In this document: piece by piece, positions 1 through 10,757 of the stretch | Numbering within the stretch: the first letter of the stretch is position 1 | How the letters are laid out: every line of letters starts with the position of its first letter | Assembly (NCBI GenBank): GCA_951804945.1 | Contig: OX638150.1 | Location: 41,230,001 to 41,294,000 of the forward strand | Direction of reading: 5' to 3' | Source: Podarcis cretensis | Taxonomy: Eukaryota | DNA length: 64,000 nt | Notes under the pieces: model-generated | What the model saw: only the letters and a program-made list of their open reading frames with translations | Database searches by the model: none | Told to the model about the DNA's origin: nothing | Position numbers and translations under genes: made by a program

Positions 1-3000
1 ATATATAACCATAATATATTAGTATGCATTGTAAAGAAACATTGCCCCAAAACTATATGTAATAGTCATAACTAAACAACATTTACAATTCATGATATTA
101 ACAGGAATAATCAAAACACAGCTGATTTTTTTCCCTGCGTAATAGGGAAAAGGTAAGATGATCAAGGGAATGAGCATACAATGAACCAGCTAAAACAAAA
201 CATAAAATGGGGAGGAAGCCATTGTTCAATGCTACTCATGAGTGGTGATTGTTTTGGCATTTCAGCTGCTTCTCAGAATGGTTTGTGTTGCCCTTTTACC
301 ATGTCAGTGTAGAGCTTGGAATGTTTCTCAAGAAGACCTTGAATGTAGTCTGCTGTGTGGCACTCCTAGAGCAGGTGCAAGGCATCAACTTCCTTTTTTT
401 GAGATTCATTTAAATACTAAATTTGGTGGTAGTTTTACTTATTTTCTCAACTGCAAAAAAAATTTAGTTCTTTAGGAAACTACAGCTTGCCATTCTGCTT
501 CCTAAACCACCACCTTTGCTGGGCTGTTCTTGCCGAGTTCTAGTCCCTTAAATTTTGGCTGTGAAACCAACAGGAAAGGATTATTGACCTTCTCTGTTAT
601 GAAAGGTTGCCTAACTGAGTGTTAGCCTCTGAATAAAAAGGACAACCCTAAATGTAAGAGACAATCCTGACCATATACTACCTCCTAAGCACATTTGAAA
701 GATTTGAAGCGCCACCAAATAAGTAGCCCCAAGTATGCTGAGGCTGTGTTGCTGTATTTCTGTTTTAGAGAAAAAAGAGAACTCCTTTTATTTCATAGTT
801 TACTGATTGAAGCTGAAAGTCTCTCTGACTCTCCTATATGCTCATTGCAGTATACCTAGACAGGTAAATTCTTTAAATGTGGGATGTGCAAAACAAACCC
901 TTAAGCCTGCCAGTATAGATGACAAGGAAAAGGCTTTTCTTACTAATTTGGGATGAGGAGAAAGTAATCTAAAAAATTACATTTCTGGTTAATATACAGT
1001 TTCTGAGTTCTAGCCTATTTTACATTTTGTACTATACAGTCAGCATTCTTGGTTTTCTCTATAAGCCCCACCCCCTTTGCTGCCTTTTGCTATCTTGGTG
1101 TCTCCATGCCCCTTTACAGCTCTCTAGGATATCGGTGTCCACTATGGAAGCGCAGGTCATTTTCCAGCTGTCCTATAGGGGATTGGGCAAACGGTGAGGG
1201 TATCTGTTTGTAAACATTGTTTTGAGGAATTATTTAGTGGTTATCAGTACTAATTCCCAAAACCAAACATAGAACTGGCTCCTGAATGCTCACAGGAATA
1301 TATATGTGCTGCTGTGTAGTTAAGATGCAGAACAGAACTGTCAAGGGGAAATGACATCACACCAAATCTGTATTGTAGCCAGAGAATTCCATATGGAAAG
1401 CGAGGAACGAGAGGTTTGTGTCAAGGAGAAAGATGCACTCGTCAGGCTGAGATGGATTTTTAGGAGCTTCGATTTTTCTTTCTGAATTTTCAGTCTAGGA
1501 TAAATCTTTTGTCAGACTACTAAGCACGTTATATGAAAATCAAATCGTTTTCTGTTCAATGCTGGAACACTAATGAGAACTCAGACAAAAGCCCCCCTCC
1601 TCCTCCCTGTTACCTTTAGGACACACAGAAAATATGCAGTCACTGAGCTACCCCACAGGGCACAGCTCAGAGAAGAGTCTGAACCTGACTAAGTTACAGC
1701 TTAGGCAGAGTATCTTTATACCCTGTTTTACCCAGGCTGTGTGACTTGTAAAACCCCTGCGTTCCATTGATTTTAAAATAAAAACCAGGCTTTTCGAAGG
1801 GCTCTCTGTTTTCTTTAGTGTCTAGGTTCTATATGAAAAATAGATGAAATTTTGAGAGGGGTGTTTAAAAACCTTAATAAAAAAAAATTCAACAGTAGCA
1901 AAAGTGAAGATAAACAGAGGGTTACAGTTCAGCTTTAAACCCAATTACTACTTAAAAAATGAACGTTCCATACAGGAGTACCTACCTCACCACTGATGTT
2001 TATCACTAGTGGGCCTGCATTCAGAGTCTATATCAGTGCTAAGATTTTACAGACCGCTCTTTCAATACAGTACACTTCAACATGTTGCTAACACAAGAAA
2101 GCTGATGGCATTTGAAGAGTTTTGAGCAGTGGTTTTGCAAATTCTGGTCCTAGGAATCCTAGAGTTCCTTACAAGGTTATTCAGGGTTTCTCCTGATGAG
2201 AAGCAGATCCTCTTCGCTCGCATTGCACAGACTGAGTAGAATACTGGGTGGGCTCTGGGGAGCGTCTCTCAGGTAGGCCCAACGAGCATGGCGGACATTG
2301 CACAGCAACAGAGTGCACAGTTCCTCAGCAGACAAATCAGTGTAGAACAGGTATCCTGAAGATAAGAAGTTCGAAAACCAATGACCTAATAAGATGCAGC
2401 TTTTCCGGAGTTACTTACTTTGGTTCTGTCATGCAGCAGAATGAGGTGGTAGAATCTGGAGGTGATAAAATGGATTGTACTACTTGTGGGTGAGAAAATA
2501 ACCATTTTGAATGCTGCCCGGCATGCAAAATTCCCTGCAAGTTTTTTAAAAAAGGAAACAAACTAGCATGTCAGGACGGTTCTAGCTCTTCCTGCTGTGC
2601 TACTTTTCTATATTCAGGGAGTATTTTATGGAGGGCGTCACTCTAAAATATAGAACCCCACTATCTATATTATGCTACTTAATTTCACAGTATGAGTAGA
2701 TCAGGGCAGTGTGTGGCTGAAAGAGGACATGGCGACAAGCCCTTTTTGTTTCAGTTGTTGGCTTGGCTCTTTTTTGTCTTCTATTTTAGTAGGTAAACTA
2801 ATTCCCTCTGAATCTAAAATGAGAGTCAGTATGAACAACACTGATAAATGTACCTCAGCTGTGAGAATGTTCTGCATATTTCTTTTTCAGCAACTAGGTT
2901 CATATAAAGAAGTGGGAGCCCAGAAACTCTCAACAGTGTGCAGAGCAGTTGAGTCAGAGCACTTCGTTCCCACCCCTTGCCTTCAGCCAGGGATCCTAAC

Positions 3001-3676
3001 TCCTGTCCCCCCTATTCTCGGCTTCCCCGGCATCTGGCCACTTTACACCTATTTGTGCTACAGTTTGTTTTATGGTAGTTTATGTCATTATATAAATATT
3101 GTCAATTGCTATAAAACAAGGCAAAACCACTGGAAAATGTCATTAAAAGGATGTTTCCATATTTCCTAATAGGAAACATCTTGGGGAAGTTTGTATTTTG
3201 CAGAGCAGGCGTCCCTGAGCTCACGCGTGAACCGCCTGCCTAGACAGTCCTAGTTTGCAAGTTAGGGCTGATGCGAGTTTTGCATGAGTGGAACAAAAAT
3301 CTCCTTCAAATGGAAGTTAGGGGAAGGAAAGCGCTGCTGTGGGAGTGTTTGAGGGGGCATCACCTTTATTCTAGGTATGTTATTGGCTGCAAAACGTACA
3401 TTTTGGGTTCTTACAAACATGAGTTTCCTTGTCCAAAGTGACACTCCTTGCTCCATGTAATTATTAGCAACACTTTTGTTCTTTTGTGTCTTTTCCCACT
3501 TCGTCTTCCCTGGAGCAGGTATGGTACACATCTTGGTCAATTCATTCCCTGCAGACAGAGCCAGCATACAGGACTGTCTGCAGCTCAGCAACCCTCCTGG
3601 TAAAAGAGGAAGCACTGAATGGATCTTACACTGAGATATTAATAACCATTGCTGTGGAGAGACACAAAAGTGGTAG

Positions 3677-3711
<35 letters not shown>

Positions 3712-4839
3712 ATCGGTTTGAATCTATGAATGGTAACTTTTGCTTTCTGCTTTTGAGATGAGTATTGATAGTCTAGTGGGTGTCTAAAGAAGTTATTACT
3801 ACTTAAAATTATAGACAGAGTTTATTTCATTTCCTAGTGAATGCATTTAAAAATAATAATAATATTCCAGTGGTCTCAGGGTAGGGCTATATTCACAAAA
3901 GCAGCAGTGCAAGGACAACTCCTAAAAATCCGAGTCATTTATATTTGACTAATTCTTTAGATTACCCATTAGATCGGTGGTGGTCATGTTTTCAGATATT
4001 GCTATTAAGTAATTATTATTTCAATTGCTCCATCGATACTTCATAGCTGTCAGCTTTCTTTCCTTAGCAGAGTGCCTTTTAAAGTCAGGCAATAAGACCT
4101 TAGTCTGGGGCTGCATTTTCAAGAAAGCATACCCCTCTACTGACTGCCTTGTATGCAGGGTAAGTAGCTTATATCTCTGTGAACTTTCATTAGATTCTTA
4201 TAAAAAGGTGACCCAGTCCATTAAATGCTGCATGACAGATAATGGATGAGCTACTCAGGCTGCTTGTTTGCTGTTCATTTGATTGTAGCCCCAGAAATTG
4301 GTTTCAAGCCATGATCCATACGCTCCATCTTTCCAACCAATAAGAACATGATTTAATCTCCTTTGGAGGAGATGTATTCAAAGGGCAATTTCTGTGCAAC
4401 TTCAGCATCTCTCTTTATATTTGCTTCAGTGACAGGTTGAGTCCTTTCTGTGCCTAGACTTTAAGACTAGTTGATGTTAGAGAACTTAAGGCAGTTGGGC
4501 ATTCTTCTGATTAGACAGAAATAAAGAGAGAAGGAAAGTCAAAGGGGATGATGGGAACTAGTAACTGGCCTAACATTTGTTACTATGGTGAGTAGGGTCT
4601 CGCATGGCTGTCCTTCTCTAAACTTGTCACTTCTCACTACATTTTGTGTTTTTTCTGTATTGTGAGGTACATAATTGGCATGTCTCACAGAAGTTATTAA
4701 CCCCTCCTTTGCCCCCCACCCCGTCACACATAATGCAAAGTGAGCGTCTTGCCAGTGACCCTAATCCCATTCGCGTCTGCTTCAAGTCCTACGCAAAGCA
4801 GTATGTTCAGTCTCTCTTCCCATCTCCAGTTCTCTCCCC
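1..4839 (-). other. NTN1: NTN1 3'UTR (extent uncertain; probably continues past position 1)
   Basis: Directly downstream of the stop codon and poor in recognisable transposons compared with the introns. AU-rich blocks at about 3050-3170 and 1-150. Minus-strand AATAAA hexamers at 3821-3826, 3365-3370 and 787-792. Confidence 0.6.
3678..3708. repeat. (TG)n microsatellite in the 3'UTR region
   Basis: Directly visible. Confidence 0.95.
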
Positions 4840-5168
4840 CTAGGCTTTCTTGCACTTCCCCTTCTTTTCCCGTTGCTGGAACTTCCTCAGTCGCCTAGCC
4901 CATGTGTCCCTCCACTGTATAACAAGGCTGCTTTTGTCTGCCACGATGCCGTTCTGGTCAGGGGAATCCTCGTCGTGGCCCAGCAACAAGTATTTCTTCA
5001 TGGGTTTGATTTTTGGGCACTTGCAGGCAATGTCCTTGGAGCGTATCCAAAGGAACTGGTCACCGCGCCGTATCCGGTTTGTCCCTTGCTTGTACACAGA
5101 GATGATGTTGACTGTGAACTTCCACCATTCTCCAGCCTTATCTGCTTTCAGGATGTGGATCTGGACAG
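4840..5168 (-). CDS. NTN1: Netrin-1 last coding exon (NTR/C345C domain with RGD and basic C-terminus), TAG stop at 4842-4840
   Basis: Translates to (A)[63 protein letters not shown]...[20 protein letters not shown]. Acceptor TGTTCCCAG|CT. The five exons total 797 nt of contiguous frame. Confidence 0.98.
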
Positions 5169-5482
5169 CTGGGAACAGAAAGCCAAGAACAGGGACAATC
5201 AATTTAGCACCCCAATTCTCCTCTCAAGGACAAAGCAAATGTTGCTTGAACAGCAGTGGTTAACCAAGAGCAATCTAGAAATACGCATGAAGGACGTCAC
5301 ATTGCTGTAAATGACAGACTTGTAAGTTACATGATAGAAATGTTCTTAATGTCCTTTATGGGGTAACTGATTTGATAGAGGGATGCTGGGGATGTAACTG
5401 CCCAGCTGCATTATGTTACCTAGAAAAAGTGTGATATGTAGTAGATTCCCTTACAATGCCTTCTCTTTGGAAACTGACCCAT

Positions 5483-5494
5483 TATATATATATA

Positions 5495-5552
<58 letters not shown>
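5483..5552. repeat. Compound (TA)n(TG)n(TA)n microsatellite
   Basis: Directly visible, followed by an A run. Confidence 0.95.
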
Positions 5553-5553
<1 letters not shown>

Positions 5554-8500
5554 AAAAAAAAATGGGATCGAGTATTTATCCAGTATTTTCAAATGGGTAG
5601 ACCGTATGTATATAATCTGCAGATGAGAGGAGTTGCCTGTACTTCAGAGTCTGTTCCCAAACTGGAAGGTCATTGGAGGGGCAGTGGGGGACTATCGGCA
5701 TCTGTCTGTCATTGAAGTAACTGGTCTGTTTGTCCTCGATAGATGGTCATGGGTTTAGTTTTAAGAGAAGAGTTGCCCTTACTTGTATTGCATTCAGATT
5801 TCATTTGATCCTGCCTATTTTTTCTGGAGTTGTGACTGCAATGTGCATTAGAGAGAAAGAGAGAAGCCATCCCATTTTTCCTGATTGTAATAAGTCACTT
5901 TCAGTTTGGTTAACTACTTTGTTCCAGTCTTTGCCTGCCCCAAGCAAATTGGCATTTGGGAATAATGTATCCAGCTCCCTTCTGCCTGTGGAGACAAGTC
6001 TCTCCCTGTCCAACTCTCCCTTCTTTTCATGCTGGGCATCTTGACCTCTGTGGTCTGTGCTAGTGTCCCACATTCCAAGTCTAAGTATGATGGTAACCGT
6101 TTCCATGTTTCCCTTACCTAGGGATTTGAGGCTCAATGAGAACTTTAAAAAAATAAATAAAATGTGAAGGAAGTCAGGGTCTTGTTTGGCTGAAGTCATG
6201 AAAGGTGGCCATGGTAACAAAAGGCACCCCTTTCATTTTGAGCAAAAGGTTGGGGGGAAGGGAATTAAAACCCACCAAGAACTTTGCCACACTGTTTGGT
6301 TTTTTGGCATGTACTGGGGCTAGCCTGTGAAAAGAATCTCGCTGCAATGCATCCCCACAGAGCAGAGTCCCTACCTTTTAACCCAATGCTTCTAGCTCAT
6401 AAGCATGCAAGATTTGTCACACTGGGTAGGATGAATAGACTACCAGTCTACTGCCTTATCTCCAGTAGCAGCCAGTAAGGGTCTTTTAAAAAAATGCCCT
6501 GCCTTCCTAGAAGTACTTGCGATAGTATACAGAAATGAAAAGGAAATCGGGTGACCCAGCGAAAAGTTTACAGATGGGTTAATCAAATCACAAGCATAGG
6601 CGCTGATAGACTAACCAAATCATCTCAAATGCACAAGATTTTCATGGTGAGAAAAACAGCCCCAACCTAAAATCTCAATGTTCGGTGTTAGTAATGCTGG
6701 GTAGAAACCATTCACAGCTTTGCTTAAAATAAAGATGATATATGCTGCGCACCAATTACTTTTATTAAATTACCTTATAGGCTACAGAATCTTTATCCTA
6801 AATGGATACTAATACAAAGGTTGAGGAAACTCAGCTGAAAGACCTGAGCAGTGCTCATGTAAGTCTCCAAAAGGACTGACCTAGAGCTGGCTCCCCACAA
6901 ACTAAGCAACTTCTTCTGGTGTGCCCCTCCAAGTCTTGCTGTGGCACTGAACAGCTTCCCAGGATGGTCCATTTTAAGACTCACTTTAAGCTGGGGTTGC
7001 ATAGTTCCTCCAGGCTTATCCATGGGCTTCACCCCTCTTGGGCTGCAGAGCAACTCCCCTTGTTTTGAGAACAATTTTTCTTTCACACAGAAAAAGTGGG
7101 CAATCAATCTGTAAAGTTCCTATGCTGTCAAAAGCACAATTTTGATGCGAAAATTGAAGCTGGCGACTGTTCAGCTCCATCCTAAGTAGGCTAAGTACTG
7201 CTGAAAAGGGAAGTGGCTGTTTGAGAATTCTTCCTCTGCCAGATTAGACAACTGAGAGGAGTCACACCCACAGTAAATGATGTGACAAGGGGGAAGATCT
7301 TAAATCATTTTGGAAAGCAGAGCATTGCTTGATATGTGGGAGTAGGGTGATTGTTGGCTGGAGTGCTTCAAGTTGTTGAAAATAAAGAGAGCAAGGGGTA
7401 TTTATAGGAGGTTCAATTTAAAACCCAGTGAAGCTAAACTGATTTGGATCTTTGGTGTTCTTTTTTACAAGGTTGTGTTTCTTTATATTATTTTATTTAT
7501 TTCATAAAATTCATACACCCTCAAGTGGTTTACAAAAAGATAAAACAATAAAGATGTGGAAAAAATCACGTCCATACTTTAAATCATACAAAAGTTAAAA
7601 TACTAGAAGTTCTAAACTCAAGCATATTTGATCTTCCAGGAGGAAAACAATTCCTGCAATCTAAAATCAAGTGATGTTCCTTAACTCCACAATTATACTC
7701 TTCCCCTAGGCTGACTCTCAAAATTAACATCCCCATGTCTTACATTGTCAGGATCAGAAGGACAGCATCTACCAAGGCATTGTGTGAATAGGGCCACTAG
7801 GAATTCTTATGCCATACCAACAACCTCCACAGGCCTCACCATTAACAACATGGATAGCAGGTATAGGAAAATGAGATGCACCGGAGTCTACTTAGTGTGG
7901 GAGCTGGCAGTTTCCTAGTATTCAGTAGGGAGGGGCAGGTGGAGGAAATTATGGTTCTGGTCTGGAGGAAAAGGGATAATGGCTATTAATTAACTCTGGA
8001 GTGCCAAACTCAAATGGATTGGAATGGGGAAAATACATTGATTGGATGGAGGGGTTGGGGGGGAGGATGAGGGAGCCAAGGGTTAACTTCTGAAAAGCAA
8101 GGTGCTGGGGTTCAAGCCTTCCTGTAAGCTTGGAAGTCTTACTCCTTAATCCTAGATATGTTGGGGCTTGTTCAGGTTGCTCTGCAGTGAAGGAAATACA
8201 CTGAGAAAGTTCAGAGGCAAACACTTTTTATTTCTTCCACATAATGATCTGGTATCAAATTCAGGTGGAACTGCATTTTTGGGTTTGTTTCTTTTTAAGT
8301 GAGTCTGGTATCTGTATGTGGTGGGTGGTGAAGTTGGCCTTCTAATCCATTTGAGTTTGACATTCCTCTTTATTGTTTCCTTTGTGAGTGAAATTGCTTC
8401 ATCGAGAAGCTGAGTATAATCCAATCAGTTTCATTTCCATCACTTCACTATTTAGCACCAAGAGGAGTCACTATAATTTTAAATGGCTTCTTCTTACATC

Positions 8501-8672
8501 TGGGACCCTACCTGCTCTAGCAAATATCAGCAAACCTTATATGAATCTGACCACTATAAATATTTCCCAAACACCCAAGAGTGATACAAATCCTCCCCCC
8601 ATTGGTTGACAGATCAATTTACGAACATTTTGGCACTGGCTTTTCTTTTGCTTGGAGATCACTTGTCTCAAA

Positions 8673-8900
8673 TAGGGCTGCCATATGTCCAGATTTTCCC
8701 AGGCATATCCAGAATACCGCAGTTGGCAGCAGTGTCCAGGTGGAAATCGGGAAAATCAGGACATATGGCATCCCACGTTGCTGCTTTTCCATTAAAATAG
8801 TGATTTTGCCCAAGAAGCTCAACAACTTTGGGCCAAAAAAAACCTGAAACTCAACAACTTTTCTGTCCGGATTTTCACTGTTTAAAATACGTCAACCCTA
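8673..8900. mobile_element. hAT-superfamily MITE, 228 bp
   Basis: Termini TAGGGCTGCCATAT and (reverse complement) TAGGGTTGACGTAT. Perfect 8-bp TSD GTCTCAAA at 8665-8672 and 8901-8908; an 8-bp TSD is typical of hAT elements. Confidence 0.9.
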
Positions 8901-8954
8901 GTCTCAAACTGTGATAATCTAAGGCACTGAATATTTTTAATTATACTTGGATTA

Positions 8955-9208
8955 CAGTGGTACCTCAGGTTAAGTACTTAATTCGTTCCGGAGGTCCGTA
9001 CTTAACCTGAAACTGTTCTTAACCTGAAGCACCACTTTAGCTAATGGGGCCTCCCGCTGCTGCTGCTGCTGCAGCTGCACCGCCGGAGCCCGATTTCTGT
9101 TCTTATGCTGAAGCAAAGTTCTTAACCTGAAGCACTATTTCTGGGTTAGCCGAGTCTGTAACCTGAAGCGTATGTAACCTGAAGCATATGTAACCCAAGG
9201 TACCACTG
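8955..9208. mobile_element. Tc1/mariner (Tigger/pogo-like) MITE, 254 bp
   Basis: TA on both sides. TIRs CAGTGGTACCTCAGGTTA and CAGTGGTACCTTGGGTTA (16/18). Repeated internal TAACCTGAA motifs. Confidence 0.9.
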
Positions 9209-9289
9209 TATATCTCAAGATGCTGCCATCAACTAACTGCTTTTTTAAAAAGCATACGCTGCACTGTCATGCAACCTCCCTGCTTCACC

Positions 9290-9420
9290 TTGCAGTCCCA
9301 GTGCGGCACTGCTGATTGCAAACCCAAGACACCAAGGTCCGATCCCTGGCATCTCCCAGGTGCAGAAGGAGAAGAAGTTTGCCTGAAACCCTGACTGTGT
9401 AAGGCAGCTTCCTATGTTCA
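9290..9420 (+). mobile_element. Short, internally deleted Squam3-like SINE
   Basis: GATCCCTGGCATCTCCCAGG, GCCTGAAACCCTG and AAGGCAGCTTCCTATGTTC. Confidence 0.6.
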
Positions 9421-10741
9421 TAGAGACCTGTCCGACTAGTCCACATAGAAAAATTACAAGCAACATTCAGCAACAATGATATGCCTGCTTCTTAGCCTCA
9501 AAACCACAGGCCCACTCCGATTCTCTACCAGCAAAGTTGCACTGCACAAAATGATACAAGGCAGCCTGGCCATGCTTGGAAGCAGTAGTTTACTGCTAAA
9601 CTTTAAAGTATGGTGGGAGAGGGGCTCTGGCTTCAGTTAAAATGAGGACAACCTATCCTGAATTATGCTGGATTTAGCCTTCTGCCCCCCTGCAATAGTA
9701 ACACAGACAATCCTACAGCTGCTGGCACATCCTTCCACAGCCTGTCAGAGTAGAAAGGGAACAAGTCAGCATTTGGTTAAAGGAAAGAACTGACAAGCCA
9801 GCTGGTTAACAGGGTTGGTAACCTCTCTCAGCAGGGAAGGAGGGAAAATTCCACCAGGGGCAGCATCTCTGTTCCATTCATGGCTGAGCTTGTGCTGTGA
9901 GCTACAAAGCCCCCCTCCCAGTCAAATCAGCACAAGCAAAGTGGATTAGACTGAGCCCTGGCACCAGGAAAAATGCGATGGGCAAAAGGATTGGGATTGG
10001 TAACTGGGGGCAAGTGGATGAAGCAAGCAGCAGGTGCCCCGTAAGCAGCTCTGCAAGCCTGCTGTGCTCTAGCAATGTACCCCCTGAGGGGGAGAACAAA
10101 ATAAAATGAGTCACAGCTTTCACATTGAGCTTGCTGCTGCCTGGGCCCCCGATGACACTAGTTTCCGACATGGTGTGGCGTGTGTCCAGCTCCTCGCTAA
10201 AAATATCTCAGGCATGCACCATTGGGAGTATATGAGCAGAAGAGGGCAGGGGTCCCCAGGCTGCCATCGGCTCACGGCCCTTACTGTGCAATTAAAATAA
10301 GCAGCAGACTTGGTGTTTGTAAACTCTTCTTTTAAACTCTTGTTTAGAGAAGAGAAGGCTAAGTCAGCCAGGAGTCATCTTTCTTGGAAATTTAAAAACA
10401 ACAACAGGAAAAAAAAACCTTCATGCATGGCCAATTTACACAGCCCAAGCCTTCTGGGAAATAGCTGGACAATAAGCTGAGCAATGAGCAGAGCTAGGAT
10501 ACGGCCTATTTAAGCCAGGAACACCTGTGGTGCTGGAAAGACGTCTCAAGAGAAAGGACTGCATCAATAAAGAATAGAAAATAGAATCCACCAAATCCTT
10601 ACCTACTACCCTGTAGGAGTTTGGTTGCCATTGCCTTCTCAACCTCCGTTCTTACAAGGATTTTAAATGCGGTGTTGAGGATAGATGCATATCCTTTGAG
10701 TGCGGGGCCAAGGGTCTGTTTTTCACTGTGCTGTTAACCAG

Positions 10742-10757
10742 CCACCAGATGGCATTG
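10742..10757 (+). promoter_or_regulatory. Candidate CTCF site
   Basis: CCACCAGATGGCA matches the CTCF core CCASYAGRKGGCR, with TGCTGT a few bp upstream. Confidence 0.55.

Noticed and set aside
2711-3615. ORFs of 152 and 117 aa in the 3'UTR region
   Set aside because: Non-ATG starts, no recognisable homology and no supporting exon structure.
4850-5310. Plus-strand ORFs of 137 and 145 aa overlapping the last NTN1 exon
   Set aside because: Antisense shadows of a real coding exon; non-ATG starts and no recognisable protein.
7690-8640. Possible degraded LINE ORF or retrocopy (minus-strand ORFs 7949-8224 and 8152-8424)
   Set aside because: Composition is slightly coding-like, but I could not find a convincing domain motif; it needs a translated search.
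8990-9200. Repeated TAACCTGAA motifs resembling a spaced repeat array
   Set aside because: Irregular spacing inside a TA-flanked MITE in vertebrate DNA; these are subterminal transposon repeats, not CRISPR.
9851-9865. CTCF-like CCACCAGGGGCAGC
   Set aside because: One base short in the G run, so the core register does not fit.
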